A stretch of DNA of 64,000 nucleotides from Eledone cirrhosa (Eukaryota). The stretch is from NCBI GenBank assembly GCA_964016885.1, contig OZ024740.1, positions 45,136,001 through 45,200,000 of the forward strand, given 5' to 3'. The position numbers and the translations under genes were made by a program. Of this stretch, positions 8,280-20,121 are shown piece by piece; the first letter of the stretch is position 1, and the number at the start of each line of letters is the position of its first letter. A model generated the notes under the pieces. The model saw only the letters and a list, made by a program, of their open reading frames with translations. It was not told the DNA's origin and did no database searches.

Positions 8280-11200
8280 CATCATCATCAACGTTTAACG
8301 TCCGTGTTCCACGCTTGCATGGGTTTGGACGGGGGTAGTCCCACTTGAGGCAAGAGTGATTGTCTTGCTCGCATAGGACTGTCTGGCGGGTTTTCTACAG
8401 TTGGATGTCCTTCCTAACACCAACCACATTTACAGTGTGGGTCTGGGAGGTTTTTACCGTGTTGCCTACACGGCCACATTACAGCGTGGACTGTGTGTTT
8501 TTTTGTCGTGACACCTACACGATCTCATTTGTTTCGGCCTGGATGGCGCGGCACCAACATAACTTTACATAGAACGGGGTGGTGTGGATGGGGTGGGGGT
8601 GGTGGGGGTGGGACGGGGTGTATTTTGTTAGAGATGCCTACTGGCAAGGCGGGTCTTCTCTGTTACTGAGTACCGCCAAAGGTCTCGGTCCAGTGACATT
8701 GTCTTGGAGAGGTGTAAGTGTGTGAGGTCGGAGTTTATCAGCTCGTCCCAGGTTTTTCTAGGTCTGCCTATTCCGTGGCTACCGTCTATCTTTATTGCCC
8801 TGCACTTTGTTATACAGCTATCGACTTTCATGCGCATCACGTGTCCATACCAACGTAGCCTTCTCTCGAGTAAACAACATCTGATCCCACTTATCTCTAA
8901 TTTTTTCCTTAGTTCGTTTATGCTTTGCCGTTCACGTATATTACTGTTACACATCCAGCGGAGCATGCAAGCTTCGTTCCTCTCAAGTCTGCGTATATCC
9001 TCTGCACACAATGCCCAGGTCTCACTGCCATGCAACATTGCTGTTCGTATGCAGGCATCGTACAACCTGCCTTTCATTTTTAGGGAGAACCCTTTAGCAG
9101 CTAATAGTGGTATAAGCTCTCTGAACTTTTTCCAACCAGTTCTGACTCTAGCTACTGTACTTTCAGAGCACCCTCCCCCACTGCTGATTTTATCGCCCAG
9201 GTAACGGAAGCTGTCCACTATTTCTATAGAACCCTCTGCGCAATTGAAAGAGCTAGTATTTTGTGGGCACTTGCTGCTACTTATTGCACCAGAACACCGG
9301 CCACATGTAAAATCTATGTTCTTAGTTAGCTTACTTGTGATCTCACTACATCTTTTATGCACCCATACTTTGCATTTAGGACATAAAATGGAGTTTCTAC
9401 CTACGCCTTTCCTACACACCGAGCACGACCATTTCCCAGAAGGGACCGCCGCCTTGTTTTCTTTCCTACAAACTAGAACTTTAGTCTTAGCCAGGTTAAT
9501 TCTAAGTCCTTTTGACTCTAGGCCGTGCTTCCATGTTTGGAATTTCTTCTCTAGCTCGGCCATTGATTCCGCTATGAGTGTCAGGTCGTCTGCGTATAGG
9601 AGTTCCCATGGGCAGCCGGTCTTGAACTCCTCTGTTATAGCCTGAAGGGCAATAATAAATAGTAGGGGGCTGAGAACAGAGCCCTGATGGACGCCAACTT
9701 TTACGCTAAACTCTTCACTATATTCGTTGTTAATTCTAACCTTGCTGACTGTTTCTTTATACATGGCTTGTATAGCCCTCACAAGCCATTCGTCAACGCC
9801 TAGTTTTCTAAGAGCCCACCAGATAATGGAGCGGGGGACTCTGTCGAAGGCTTTCTCCAAGTCGACAAAAGCTAAGTAGAGGGGTTTACCTTTAGCTAGG
9901 TACTTCTCCTGTAGTTGTCGTACTATGAAAAGAGCGTCTGTGGTACTTTTGCCTGACACAAACCCGAACTGCATTTCATCTAGGTCAATTCTCTCTCTGA
10001 TTAGTTGCGCTATTACTTTTTCCGTGACCTTCATGACCTGGTCGATTAATTTAATGCCTCTATAGTTACTCCTATCTAGGGCGTCTCCTTTACCCTTATA
10101 ACAGTTAACGATGATGCTGCTATGCCAGTCCTTCGGAACAACCCCATTCTGTACGACTTGGTTAACTATGCGGGTGACCATGGTGTGTCCCACCGTGCCA
10201 GATGCCTTCAGCATCTCAGCAACTATTTCCGAAGGCCCAGCCGCCTTACCCGTCTTCATATCCTTGATTGCCTTACTTATTATACTCCCCTCGACTAACA
10301 CTGCTGGTCCCTCTATTGGGTCGATATGGGGGAGACTGTCTTTCTCCCATTTATTCTCCTCATTTAGTAGCCTTTCATAGTGACACTTCCAAGCTACCTT
10401 CTTATCAGCGTCGGTGATGGCAAGTGTGCCATCATCGTTTAGTACACACTTCTCCCCGACAATATCACGGTTTTCCTTGACGCATTGCCTAGCAATCCTG
10501 AACACCTCACGTTTTTGGTCCTCGCGTTGTAGAACATGCTTGAACTTTCTTTCCTCTGCTTCCCTTCTTGCTAAGTACACTTGTCTCCTTGCTTCCCTCC
10601 TGGCCACTTGATAGTCTTCTCTACTTCCCCCATCCCGCCATACTTTCCAAGCCTGCTTTTTGGCCTTAATTGACCCCTCCACTTTACTGTTCCACCACCA
10701 TGTTACTCTCCTCCTGCCTACAGGCCTGCTCCAGCCACAGACTTCGTCTGTCGCCATCAGCAGGTTTGCTTTCAGAAATTCCCACTGTCCCTCTATATTG
10801 TCCGACTCTAAATGTTCTTCCTTACTGTCGAAAGCATCAAGTAATATGCTTTGAAATTTATTTCTGGCTGTGGGGTCCTTTAGCTTCCATATTTTTCTCC
10901 TGAGGATAGTCCTCTTCTGCTGTCGAGTACGTATCGTCCTGACTATGAGGTCGCTAATTATCAGTCTATGTTGGGAGGTGCATTCTTCATGGGGGAGGGA
11001 TTTAGTGTTTACGACAGACACTCTGTCACGTCTTCTGGTAAGGATATAATCTACCTGGCTTGTGTGTTCCCCGGATCTATAGGTGATCAGGTGATTGTCA
11101 CGTTTTTTGAAGTTAGTGTTACAGATAGTTAGGTTATTTGCATCACAGAATTCCAGGATTCTGGAGCCTTCCTCATTTCTAGTACCAAACCCATAGCCTC

Positions 11201-11603
11201 CATGGATTTCGTCGTAGCCGTCACAATGTTGTCCAACGTGACCATTTAGGTCGCCTGCAATAATTATATAGTCACTGTCGGATATTTGGGAGGTAGTTAG
11301 CATCAGTGTCTCATAGAATCTGTCTTTTATAGTGCCGGGCAGTCCGGATTGGGGTGCGTACGCAGATATTACTGTCACCGTAGTTCTATTGAGGACAAGT
11401 CGTATTTTAATTATTCTGTCGTTCAGTCTATTTACGTCTATTATCTTATCTGCCCACTTTTCTGCTACCATGATTCCTACTCCACCCAGCCCATCGTCGT
11501 TTCCCACCCAGAAAAGCTTATAACATCGTTTTTTACCCTCAATGAATCTAGCAGACCCACCCCTCCACCTGGTCTCTTGAATACAACATACATCGACCTC
11601 CTT
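8280..11603 (-). mobile_element. RTE-clade non-LTR retrotransposon, slightly 5'-truncated, subfamily 1
   Basis: Single EN-RT ORF, ~350-bp 3' UTR ending in (GAT)n at ~8280-8290, (TA)n on both flanks. Confidence 0.93.
8628..11603 (-). CDS. RTE LINE ORF: APE endonuclease + reverse transcriptase with PHD-type insertion; N-terminus truncated
   Basis: Frame is open upstream of the track start (KEVDVCCIQETRW...). Motifs SAYAPQ, AGDLNGHVG, QVDYIL, SQHRLI, NYRGIKL, FVDLEKAFDRV, GVHQGSVLSPLLF, LYADD, FRYLG. No internal stop over 991 codons. Confidence 0.93.
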   Translation of the reverse strand, partial: KEVDVCCIQETRWRGGSARFIEGKKRCYKLFWVGNDDGLGGVGIMVAEKWADKIIDVNRLNDRIIKIRLVLNRTTVTVISAYAPQSGLPGTIKDRFYETLMLTTSQISDSDYIIIAGDLNGHVGQHCDGYDEIHGGYGFGTRNEEGSRILEFCDANNLTICNTNFKKRDNHLITYRSGEHTSQVDYILTRRRDRVSVVNTKSLPHEECTSQHRLIISDLIVRTIRTRQQKRTILRRKIWKLKDPTARNKFQSILLDAFDSKEEHLESDNIEGQWEFLKANLLMATDEVCGWSRPVGRRRVTWWWNSKVEGSIKAKKQAWKVWRDGGSREDYQVARREARRQVYLARREAEERKFKHVLQREDQKREVFRIARQCVKENRDIVGEKCVLNDDGTLAITDADKKVAWKCHYERLLNEENKWEKDSLPHIDPIEGPAVLVEGSIISKAIKDMKTGKAAGPSEIVAEMLKASGTVGHTMVTRIVNQVVQNGVVPKDWHSSIIVNCYKGKGDALDRSNYRGIKLIDQVMKVTEKVIAQLIRERIDLDEMQFGFVSGKSTTDALFIVRQLQEKYLAKGKPLYLAFVDLEKAFDRVPRSIIWWALRKLGVDEWLVRAIQAMYKETVSKVRINNEYSEEFSVKVGVHQGSVLSPLLFIIALQAITEEFKTGCPWELLYADDLTLIAESMAELEKKFQTWKHGLESKGLRINLAKTKVLVCRKENKAAVPSGKWSCSVCRKGVGRNSILCPKCKVWVHKRCSEITSKLTKNIDFTCGRCSGAISSSKCPQNTSSFNCAEGSIEIVDSFRYLGDKISSGGGCSESTVARVRTGWKKFRELIPLLAAKGFSLKMKGRLYDACIRTAMLHGSETWALCAEDIRRLERNEACMLRWMCNSNIRERQSINELRKKLEISGIRCCLLERRLRWYGHVMRMKVDSCITKCRAIKIDGSHGIGRPRKTWDELINSDLTHLHLSKTMSLDRDLWRYSVTEKTRLASRHL

Positions 11604-11649
11604 ATATATATATATATCCGTGTGTGTGTGTCATAATAGTCATCTTTAT

Positions 11650-11910
11650 ACATATACTTTTCCATGTTTGCATGGTTTAAACAAATCTTTTCCCATACAG
11701 CTGTCCTCCACCTTTCTCATTTCCTCCATCAAATTCAGTGTTTTGAGATCCACTCTCAACATTTTTGCCCAAATCTTCCAAGGTCTTTCTCTACTGCAGC
11801 TTCTATCCATTAAAATATCCTGGCACCTCTTCAACCAACATTTGTCGTCTATACACATCACATGCCCATACCAATGCAGTCTTCTCTCTTGCAGACTACA
11901 TCTGATTCAT
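11650..11910 (-). mobile_element. Degenerate RTE 3'-end fragment
   Basis: Remnant frame LHWYGHVMCIDDKCWLKRC...RERPWKIWAKMLRVDL, homologous to the RTE C-terminus (RWYGHVMR...GRPRKTW). Confidence 0.6.
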
Positions 11911-13124
11911 CAGTTTTTCTCTCAGCCCATATATCATCATCATCATTGTTATTTAACATCTGTCCCAATGCTAACATGGGTTAGACACAGTATGACATTT
12001 GAGACAAATCATATCAGGTGGCCATGTCTTTCTCATATGTATGTGTTTTTGACTTGTGTTCTATGGATGCCCTTCCTAATGCCAACCATATTACAGTGTG
12101 GACATTCAACTACAGGGCAGACTTGGATATATATATATGTATGTAAGTATGTATCTATGTATGTGTGTACATGTATTAAACACTTGTTTCTTTATGATTC
12201 AGTAAACATGAAACTGAACCAATGAACCATGGAGAATAAAGTTAGTTAATTCTAATATGTGATAGGAATGTGAACTTCCTATCCACTAGGCTATTCTAAT
12301 ACACACACCCATACACACAAACCTGCAGATTTCTATGTTTGTCTGTATGTTTGTGTGTTTCATTTACTCCTTAATTTCTAAAGTCAAAACAATGGAAAGC
12401 TGATTGGCTTAGTTCATTTTAGTGTCAATCTATCCACAATCTGACCAGCTTTAGATTTTCTTATTCCTTTATTATCCAGATAGATTTAAATTGCAAGTTT
12501 AACACCCACTGAGGTTGATTTCATCTTTATTATACAAGTATATTAAATTTCATTTCTTATTTAAGGGCAAACATTCATGTTTTGAGTTTGAATCTCACTG
12601 AGATTAATTTTATTTTAGTTAGGTGAATATAAAATAGGCTTTAACCTTTACTTGGAACATTAAACTAAATATGTATTATATTAAATCTCTAGTTAACTGT
12701 TATTTTTTGTGTTTTTGCAAATATATGAAGAACACTTTCAAAAGTAAGGTTATCATATATCTCTCTAGTTTACCATGTTCAAAATATATGTAATCTATAT
12801 AAGTTTATATTGACAGGTGTTCAGGAAGGCTTTCTAAAGCTGACAATGTAAAAATAAATCAGAGATTTATAAAGCTAAAATATCAAAATATGTTACATAT
12901 GAGAATATATTTTTCATTGAATAAAAGTTTTTGAAAGAGACAATCTAAAAATATATCCTCAACATAGAAAAATGCTATGGAAAAATATCAGTTGTTTTTA
13001 TACCTTGTAGCTGCATTCCATAGAAGAACTCATGTATGATACATTAGCAGGAAAGGAAACACTGTTGAGTTTATCCTATGAAACATTCAATATATCAGGA
13101 ATTAAATGACATATTTTCCCTTAC

Positions 13125-13391
13125 CGTTTACTTTCAGTTTTGCTGAAGTGGAGGCGTCTTCAATGACGCAACTGTATTCACCCTCATCTTCAGCATTAAC
13201 ATGTTTAATGATAAGTTTATGAAGTCTTTTATCTGTTGTTGTTTCTACTCTCTCAGTTTCTCTGATCTTTTTGCCATTTTTAAGCCATGTAACAGTGACA
13301 TTTTCTTGTATGCTTACACACATGAAAATGGCAGTTTGTTTCTCATCCACTGTGAGACATGTCAATTTTTTCGAAAAGCCTGTGTTCATTT
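13125..13391 (-). CDS. Internal exon, one Ig I-set domain (tandem repeat exon D)
   Basis: Acceptor tttttAG at 13393-13392, donor G|GTAAGG at 13124-13123. 267 nt, phase 1/1. MNTGFSKKLTCLTVDEKQTAIFMC...EDEGEYSCVIEDASTSAKLKVN. Confidence 0.92.
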
Positions 13392-13591
13392 CTAAAAAGA
13401 TAAAATAGCTCTCATAAAAGATGTTCTTTATTAAATAACACATTGAAAATATGTGTAAACTACAGCAAATAGCATGTTCATATAGAGCCACTACAGGTTA
13501 TAATCCTATTCTATCCAGAACCACAAATTTATCATCCTCATTGCAATACAAAACAATATACTTTACATCACATGCACATTATCATGTATGT

Positions 13592-13592
<1 letters not shown>

Positions 13593-13624
<32 letters not shown>

Positions 13625-13643
13625 CACACACACACGCGCACAC

Positions 13644-13737
<94 letters not shown>
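13593..13737. repeat. (CA)n microsatellite
   Basis: Direct reading. Confidence 0.95.
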
Positions 13738-13738
<1 letters not shown>

Positions 13739-14183
13739 AGCTATAGATATTTCACACAGCAAAATCAGAATATTTAAAGTTTAATGCCATCTAGATAAGT
13801 AAGCTTCATGAGTGACTTGTTTGAATGGGTTGCAGTGGATTTTCTCCCGTATAGTGTCCTACTGCTTATTGTGGCCCCTGATCAGCCTTCCCCACTTCTT
13901 ACATCTTCCTTTGCTGGTTCCTTCCATTTGAGTGGCTAGACACCTCTTTACCTAACTGTCATCTATCATATATACCCATACCACTGTACCATTGCAGTCT
14001 CCTTTCTTGAACACTGCAGTTGATTCTCATACATATTTTTGTTCTCTAAGTTTATCTATGTTCCATTGTTCATGCACACTATCATTACATATCCACCTTA
14101 TTTTATGCTCATTTCATTTCTTTCCAGCTTTAACATGTACAGGTAAAAAAAGAAATTTTAAGATTTATAAAAATGAAACCTAC

Positions 14184-14450
14184 CATTTACTTTTAAGTTT
14201 GCTTTAGTTGAGGCTTTCTCGATGACACAGGTGTAATCACCCCTATCTTCAGCAGTAACATTTTTGATGATAAGTTTATGGAGTTTCTTATCAATCACTA
14301 TTTCTGTTCTATCAGTTTCAATGATCTTCTTGCCATCTTTCAGCCAAGTAACATGAGCATTTTCCTGTGTACTTATGCATGTAAAAATAGCCATTTGTTT
14401 CTCATCTACTGTCTCATCTGATAGTTCTTTCAAAAAGTATGCAGCAATAT
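14184..14450 (-). CDS. Internal exon, one Ig I-set domain (tandem repeat exon E, most divergent)
   Basis: Acceptor tctAG at 14452-14451, donor G|GTAGGT at 14183-14182. 267 nt, phase 1/1. IAAYFLKELSDETVDEKQMAIFTC...EDRGDYTCVIEKASTKANLKVN. Confidence 0.9.
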
Positions 14451-15504
14451 CTAGATTTTCAAAAGAAGAATCATAAGAATTATGAAACCAAAACAACGTA
14501 AAAATAAAATATGAAAGTCAAAATGCAGATTATTTCAAATCAGGAAAATTATAAAAACAATCACTAACAAATGTTATATAGTCATCCAATAATAATTTTA
14601 TATATATTTTAAAATCTACCATAAAACTTATAAAAATAGAATATCGAATTCATTTCTTTGTTTTGATAGTTATATCTCAAGAAATTGTTTTCCAATATTT
14701 GATGAGAAATATCTTAAATTAGAAGATGGGGTGATAAGAAAGTTAATATAAAGCTTAAAAATGTAACGTTCACATATAAATTCACAGAAAAATTAATGTT
14801 TTGTACAGAGCTTAGCAATGTAACATTATATATCTGTTGAGAAGTATTATAACTGTTAGTTATGTAACTCACTTTCTTTATATTATGCTATTACACATCA
14901 TACTGATGAGTATTTATATCATTACAACTGAGGCTTGTTATAGACTATGGCTGTTTTGTAAAACTTAATGTTGGGATAGCTATGATTCTAGAACTGTGAA
15001 TATCTACTCTGAATTATTGAAAGTTAGTACATTGTAGAGAGACGGTGGGGTTAAATGAGGGCAAGTAAGAAGTTCAAGAGAATGCAGTTCTAGATTGGAA
15101 CAATTGCACAAGAGTTTTATACTGGTTCTGATGTGTCATGTATAATAAAAGGATGAAATATAGAGGATATAGATATGAGTTTTGTAGAGATAAAGTTCAA
15201 AGATACTGGCAGATATTATGTGTTAATGAAAGTGATTGGTAGAAAGGTGTGTGAAATGAAATAGAGAAAAGGAAAAACTAAGAAAGACATGTCTACAGAT
15301 GATGGAAGAAGAGATGAAAGATGTAAGAGGGGTGATGAGGGGTATGCAGATTATAGGGCAAAATGGAGAAGCTTGTACAATAATAACTCCTGCTTTAGTA
15401 AGGAAAATGTCCTTAAAATGCTTGTTGTTGTGTTGTTATGTTAAACAAGATATAAAGAGAATCTATCTTGTCTCAAGAGTATTAGTGAGAAATAAAATAT
15501 TTAC

Positions 15505-15702
15505 CTCCAACTTCAAATTCAAATTCAGTTGAAGTTGTACCATATTGGTTTTCAGCAAAACAAGTGTATGTCCCGTTATGTTGCTCAGAAGCATTAGTAA
15601 ATTTCAAAATATGTCTTCCTTGTTCTTCATATATTTTGATATTTTCATTGCTTGTGAGTATTTCCTCATTTTTCATCCATTTAACTTTAGGCTTGGGGTT
15701 AC
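15505..15702 (-). CDS. Internal exon, C-terminal part of an Ig I-set domain
   Basis: Acceptor aatAG at 15704-15703, donor G|GTAAAT at 15504-15503. 198 nt, phase 1/1. GNPKPKVKWMKNEE...HNGTYTCFAENQYGTTSTEFEFEVG. Confidence 0.88.
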
Positions 15703-16232
15703 CTATTACAAAGCATTAATGTAAAATAAATTTCCATCTTACAAAAAATTATAAACATTTTTTTCCTTATTTTTATATCTTAATTCTATTTTGATTTCAT
15801 CATAAAATGTTCCTTTCAAATAATTTTTATTTTTATTCAAAACAATATGAGATAAAATTATGAAATCGTTATCATTTTTAATAGGATTACAATAAAAAAG
15901 AAAATAATTTTCAGATTATTAAGCTCATCATTGTGTTTCTTTACAATAGCTTATCTAAACATTTTAGATATATAATTCAATAAATTATTCATAACTTCTG
16001 TTCATTTCAACCATAATGAAATATTTTTTACATATTCTAGATTATTCAAGATAATGTTAGAACCAAGTTTAGCAATGCAAGCATAAAGATAACCCAGATT
16101 GAGATGTTCAAAAAGTGTTGTAGATAAATAATTTCTGTTAACCAACCAACTAGAAAATCTTCCAATATTCATGATAAGCACTGACATAAGCGAAATCATA
16201 AAAGACAAAGTATTAAAATTAGTTATTCTTAC

Positions 16233-16321
16233 CTGCCACAGTAGAGGAAAATATACACGACTTTGATGGTACAATCTTCTGAGAGATAGGTTCTTCAAGG
16301 AATTTTGGTTTTTCTTTTAAG
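16233..16321 (-). CDS. Internal exon, N-terminal part of an Ig I-set domain
   Basis: Acceptor tttttAG at 16323-16322, donor G|GTAAGA. 89 nt, phase 2/1. LKEKPKFLEEPISQKIVPSKSCIFSSTVA; joins in frame to both neighbours. Confidence 0.85.
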
Positions 16322-16434
16322 CTAAAAAGAAAAATGTGAGGGATAAAATTTAGATTTGTATCATTTGATTTTGTTAATAATAGTGAATCTTTATTTATAT
16401 ACATATTCTATTATATACATATTCTATTGTATAC

Positions 16435-16470
<36 letters not shown>

Positions 16471-16859
16471 TGTGGAGGGTGCGTAAGAAGAGCCAATGGG
16501 GTAAAATAACGCGTATTAGTTTAATGCTTGATATAGCAAATAGAAAGAGAAATTAAAGAAGAAATAGACAAATAGAGGAGAATGGGCAATGGCAGAAATG
16601 AAAAAACCTTTCTTAGAGAAAAAGCAGGACTATGTGTGGATGGATGCAGATACTTGTATTAACAACAGAGTTGTCTCCTATTAACCAGCCCCTCAGTCTG
16701 TCACTATAACATTTAGGAGTAACTGAGTTGTCCGAGCCTTATTTAGATACCATAATTGCCTCATAACTCAGCATCTGAGTGATCAGAGTTTTTTTGTATT
16801 TTTTTCTGTGTCTGTGCAACAATTTATGTTTATGTTTATATTAGTACATAGTATAGGAA

Positions 16860-17045
16860 TAATTGTTTCTACTTTTGGCACAAGGCCGGCAATTACCCAG
16901 TGCATTACTGGTACTTTATTTTATCGACCCCCATAAGGATGAAAGGCAAAGTTAACCTCGGCGGGATTTGAACTCAGAATGGCAAGGGGCGTAACTCTAT
17001 GCATCAAAGTATGGCGTCCAACCCTCTACCGATACTGCCATTCCA
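16860..17045 (-). mobile_element. tRNA-derived SINE, same family as 4913-5099
   Basis: Reverse-complement match including B box and central domain. Confidence 0.8.
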
Positions 17046-17604
17046 CAGAGGAATAATGAATAGGAAAATATAATTTGTTCATTAATTTTCATTTCTCATA
17101 TTAAAAAGGTAAGATTCTGACATATTTTAATTCATGATCCTTTGATTGGCGGTATATATTAGCATTTGATTTTTGAATTATCAGTAGAACTGAACATTAA
17201 CCTTTTCATGACTATATTTCAAATGTATGTGTTAATTGTCGAAATAATCAAGAATTTGATGGGTTTGGGAAAATATGTTTGTCTTTATCAACTCAGATTT
17301 TAAAACATGACAAAATAGTCTTAGATAAAATTATGTTGGAAGTTTTTAATTTAAACATTATCGTTTTAAACAGGAGATGTTGTATCACAGAACTCCGAGT
17401 AGTCACAAGTGGCTTGGAATTGAAAAGGTCAATAATGAAAACAATTTAGATTAATTCTAATGTAGCTTAAATGATTCTAAACAAATAGTAGTCTTATTGA
17501 ATTCTGTAAAAGTTGATCTTCTAATATGAGATCATTAGATTTATTGTTTGATGTGGAATTGTGAGAAATATGAATTATAAAAAAGATCTTAAAATAGATA
17601 GTAC

Positions 17605-17803
17605 CTCTCAACATTAACCATGATGTCACCAATTATAGTGCCCTCAGAATTGTGTGCAGTAACAGTATACTTTCCACTGTCTTTTTCTGTAGCTGCTACT
17701 ATCTCCAAGCTGTATTTATCATTCTTCTTTCTCAGAGTGAAGTTATAATCAGATCTGATAGCATTCCCCTCTTTAAACCATTTTACTTCAGGCTCGGGAT
17801 AAC
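17605..17803 (-). CDS. Internal exon, C-terminal part of an Ig I-set domain (not in ORF track)
   Basis: Acceptor taaAG at 17805-17804, donor AG|GTACTA at 17604-17603. 199 nt, phase 1/2. GYPEPEVKWFKEGNAIRSDYNFTLRKKNDKYSLEIVAATEKDSGKYTVTAHNSEGTIIGDIMVNVE. Phases match both flanking exons. Confidence 0.88.
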
Positions 17804-18494
17804 CTTTATAAATGAAACATTTATAACAATTATCAATATATTCAACATCTTACATACATAGCAGATTTACTTGTAGGGGTATGCAATAAATGTTAATCAT
17901 TAATAACACAATACTTCATTTAAGCTTCCCAGTACATTTATAGGGAGTCTAAAACAAAGATAATGCAACTTGAAATAGCAAACTTTATAACTAATGTTTT
18001 ATATTAAAATATATCATTTTAATATGTTAACATGTTTAATATTTTAACATGTTTTATATTAAAATATATCATAAAATATATTATTTTGTTCATATGATTT
18101 AACTTTTAGAAATGAGTCTTCAAATCAGTAACTTCTATTATTATTCAATAAATAATTTTGTAGTAATATATAACTTTGGGAAATTAAAATGAATAAACAT
18201 ATAATATAACATAAATAAGTTAAAGTGTAAATTTAAGAGGTAGTGCTGGCGCCATGATAAAATATGCACAGTACACTCTGTAAAAGGTTGGTGTTAAGAA
18301 GGGCATCTAGCCATAGAAACTATGCTGAAACATGGTACATATAAGCAAGACATGGTATCCAAACCATTTTGTCTCATACCATGATAACACATCCAGCCCA
18401 TGCCAGCAATGAAAGCAGGCATACAAAGATGATGATGATGAAATTAGAATTAATAAAATTAACATTTTAGATTTAGGTTTTAAAATAAATTTAC

Positions 18495-19064
18495 CTGTTA
18501 TACAACATTCTAATGTCACTTTAGTTTCCTCTTTAACTTTAACATCTTCACTGATGCTAGTAATAGCAGGTGGACATTTTCCTTCATCTTCGATAGTATC
18601 TCCATTTTCAAATATAATATCTTCGTCTTCATCGGGTTTAGCGGGAGACATTTTTCTTTCATATTCTGGTGGTTTTTTGTAAGTTCCTTTTATTTCTTCT
18701 TCAGCAACACTCTTTTTCTGCTTATCTAATGCAGATTTTCCATCAGTGATATCAGAAGTAGTTGTTTTTGTCTCTGATACCTTTGATTTCATTTCGCTTA
18801 CAGATTCCAAGTGTTCGGTATCAAGAATGTCTGTAAGTGATAATCTTCTTTTCTCTGTTTTTGAAATTTCTTCATGAGAATAGATATCAACAGATTGGGA
18901 TTTCATCATTTTACTTGATTTTGAAAAAGACTGTACTTCTTCTCTTGCTTTACTAGAAAATAACATACTCTGATATTTATCATCTTCATAACTTTCACTT
19001 GTTTCTGCTTGCATTGCATCCATAATGTGAGTTGCGGAACGATCTTCCCCATTAAACATATCAT
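18495..19064 (-). CDS. Internal exon: S/E/K/D-rich linker plus N-terminal part of an Ig domain
   Basis: Acceptor ttgcAG at 19066-19065, donor G|GTAAAT at 18494-18493. 570 nt, phase 1/1. Ends ...CPPAITSISEDVKVKEETKVTLECCIT(G) and continues into GYPEP of the next exon. Confidence 0.88.
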
Positions 19065-19866
19065 CTGCAATATTAAATTAATTTAAGATGTACAAAAATA
19101 TGCATAACAAATTTTCCTATAAGATTTAATCTTACAATATGAAATAATCATATATTCAATTATTGACATTTCCTTTAATTATATTTTATACATAAATCTA
19201 ATGATGTCTTATACATAACTTAATGAAAATTAAACCCTTTTTTGTTGGTGGTGAAAAATTATTACAAAATGTAGAATCACAGATGCTATATTTGTGATGG
19301 ATTACTTACAAGAGGTGTGTTTGGTAAAGAAAAAACAACCCTATTACCCTATTATACATTTTCTGATATAAGGTATTGTACTCAACTATGTGATAAGCAA
19401 TGAACAGGTTGGGTATGAATGAATAATGTGAGAAAGTTGTAAAGGGTGTCTATATGTGACAATGATAAAATATTGGTTGTGATTCTCTGCCTTCAATATA
19501 GATTTACAAGAACACTTCAGTACAGTTGCTTGATACAGACACAAGAATTAAATAACCATAAAAGAAGCTTGAAACTTGGAGGATTGAGTTAGGGAAAGAT
19601 TTTGAAAGTAAACATGGCTCAGACAAAAAATAAACAGATGTCCAACAAATTTAGTGATGCTCTGTATAATAAACAAAATAGCAATAAGAAGGATATTCAG
19701 TTGTAGAGGCCCCACCAAAAATGTACAAATGAAATATGATCCCTGACCCTTCTAGGAGGGCAGTAACTCTAAATAAGCAGCGATACATAGGTATTCTGTC
19801 TGTTACAGAAACATATGTCAATACCTAATAAATTCCTTTATAAAAGCACTTTCATTTTATATTCAT

Positions 19867-19914
<48 letters not shown>

Positions 19915-19915
<1 letters not shown>

Positions 19916-20082
19916 TTTTGTTGCAGTGAAAGGCAAAAAACAAAATAATAGAAATACCTGGATTATTGTAGTTAGTAACTTTTGCTAGAATTCTGGTGGT
20001 CAGAGAGCCAAGAAATTGGGTTTCAAATTTGGTCAGAATTCTTATCTCTCTTTCTCTCCTCTCTCACAAACACACATATATG

Positions 20083-20121
<39 letters not shown>

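Noticed and set aside
8704-10903. Plus-strand ORFs of 64-245 aa opposite the RTE, CR1 and R4-like elements
   Set aside because: Antisense shadows of LINE coding sequence with no domain signatures.
18307-18494. C-terminal extension of the 250-aa ORF as an alternative terminal exon
   Set aside because: Read-through past a good donor site into intron and SINE/LINE-tail sequence; no supporting evidence.
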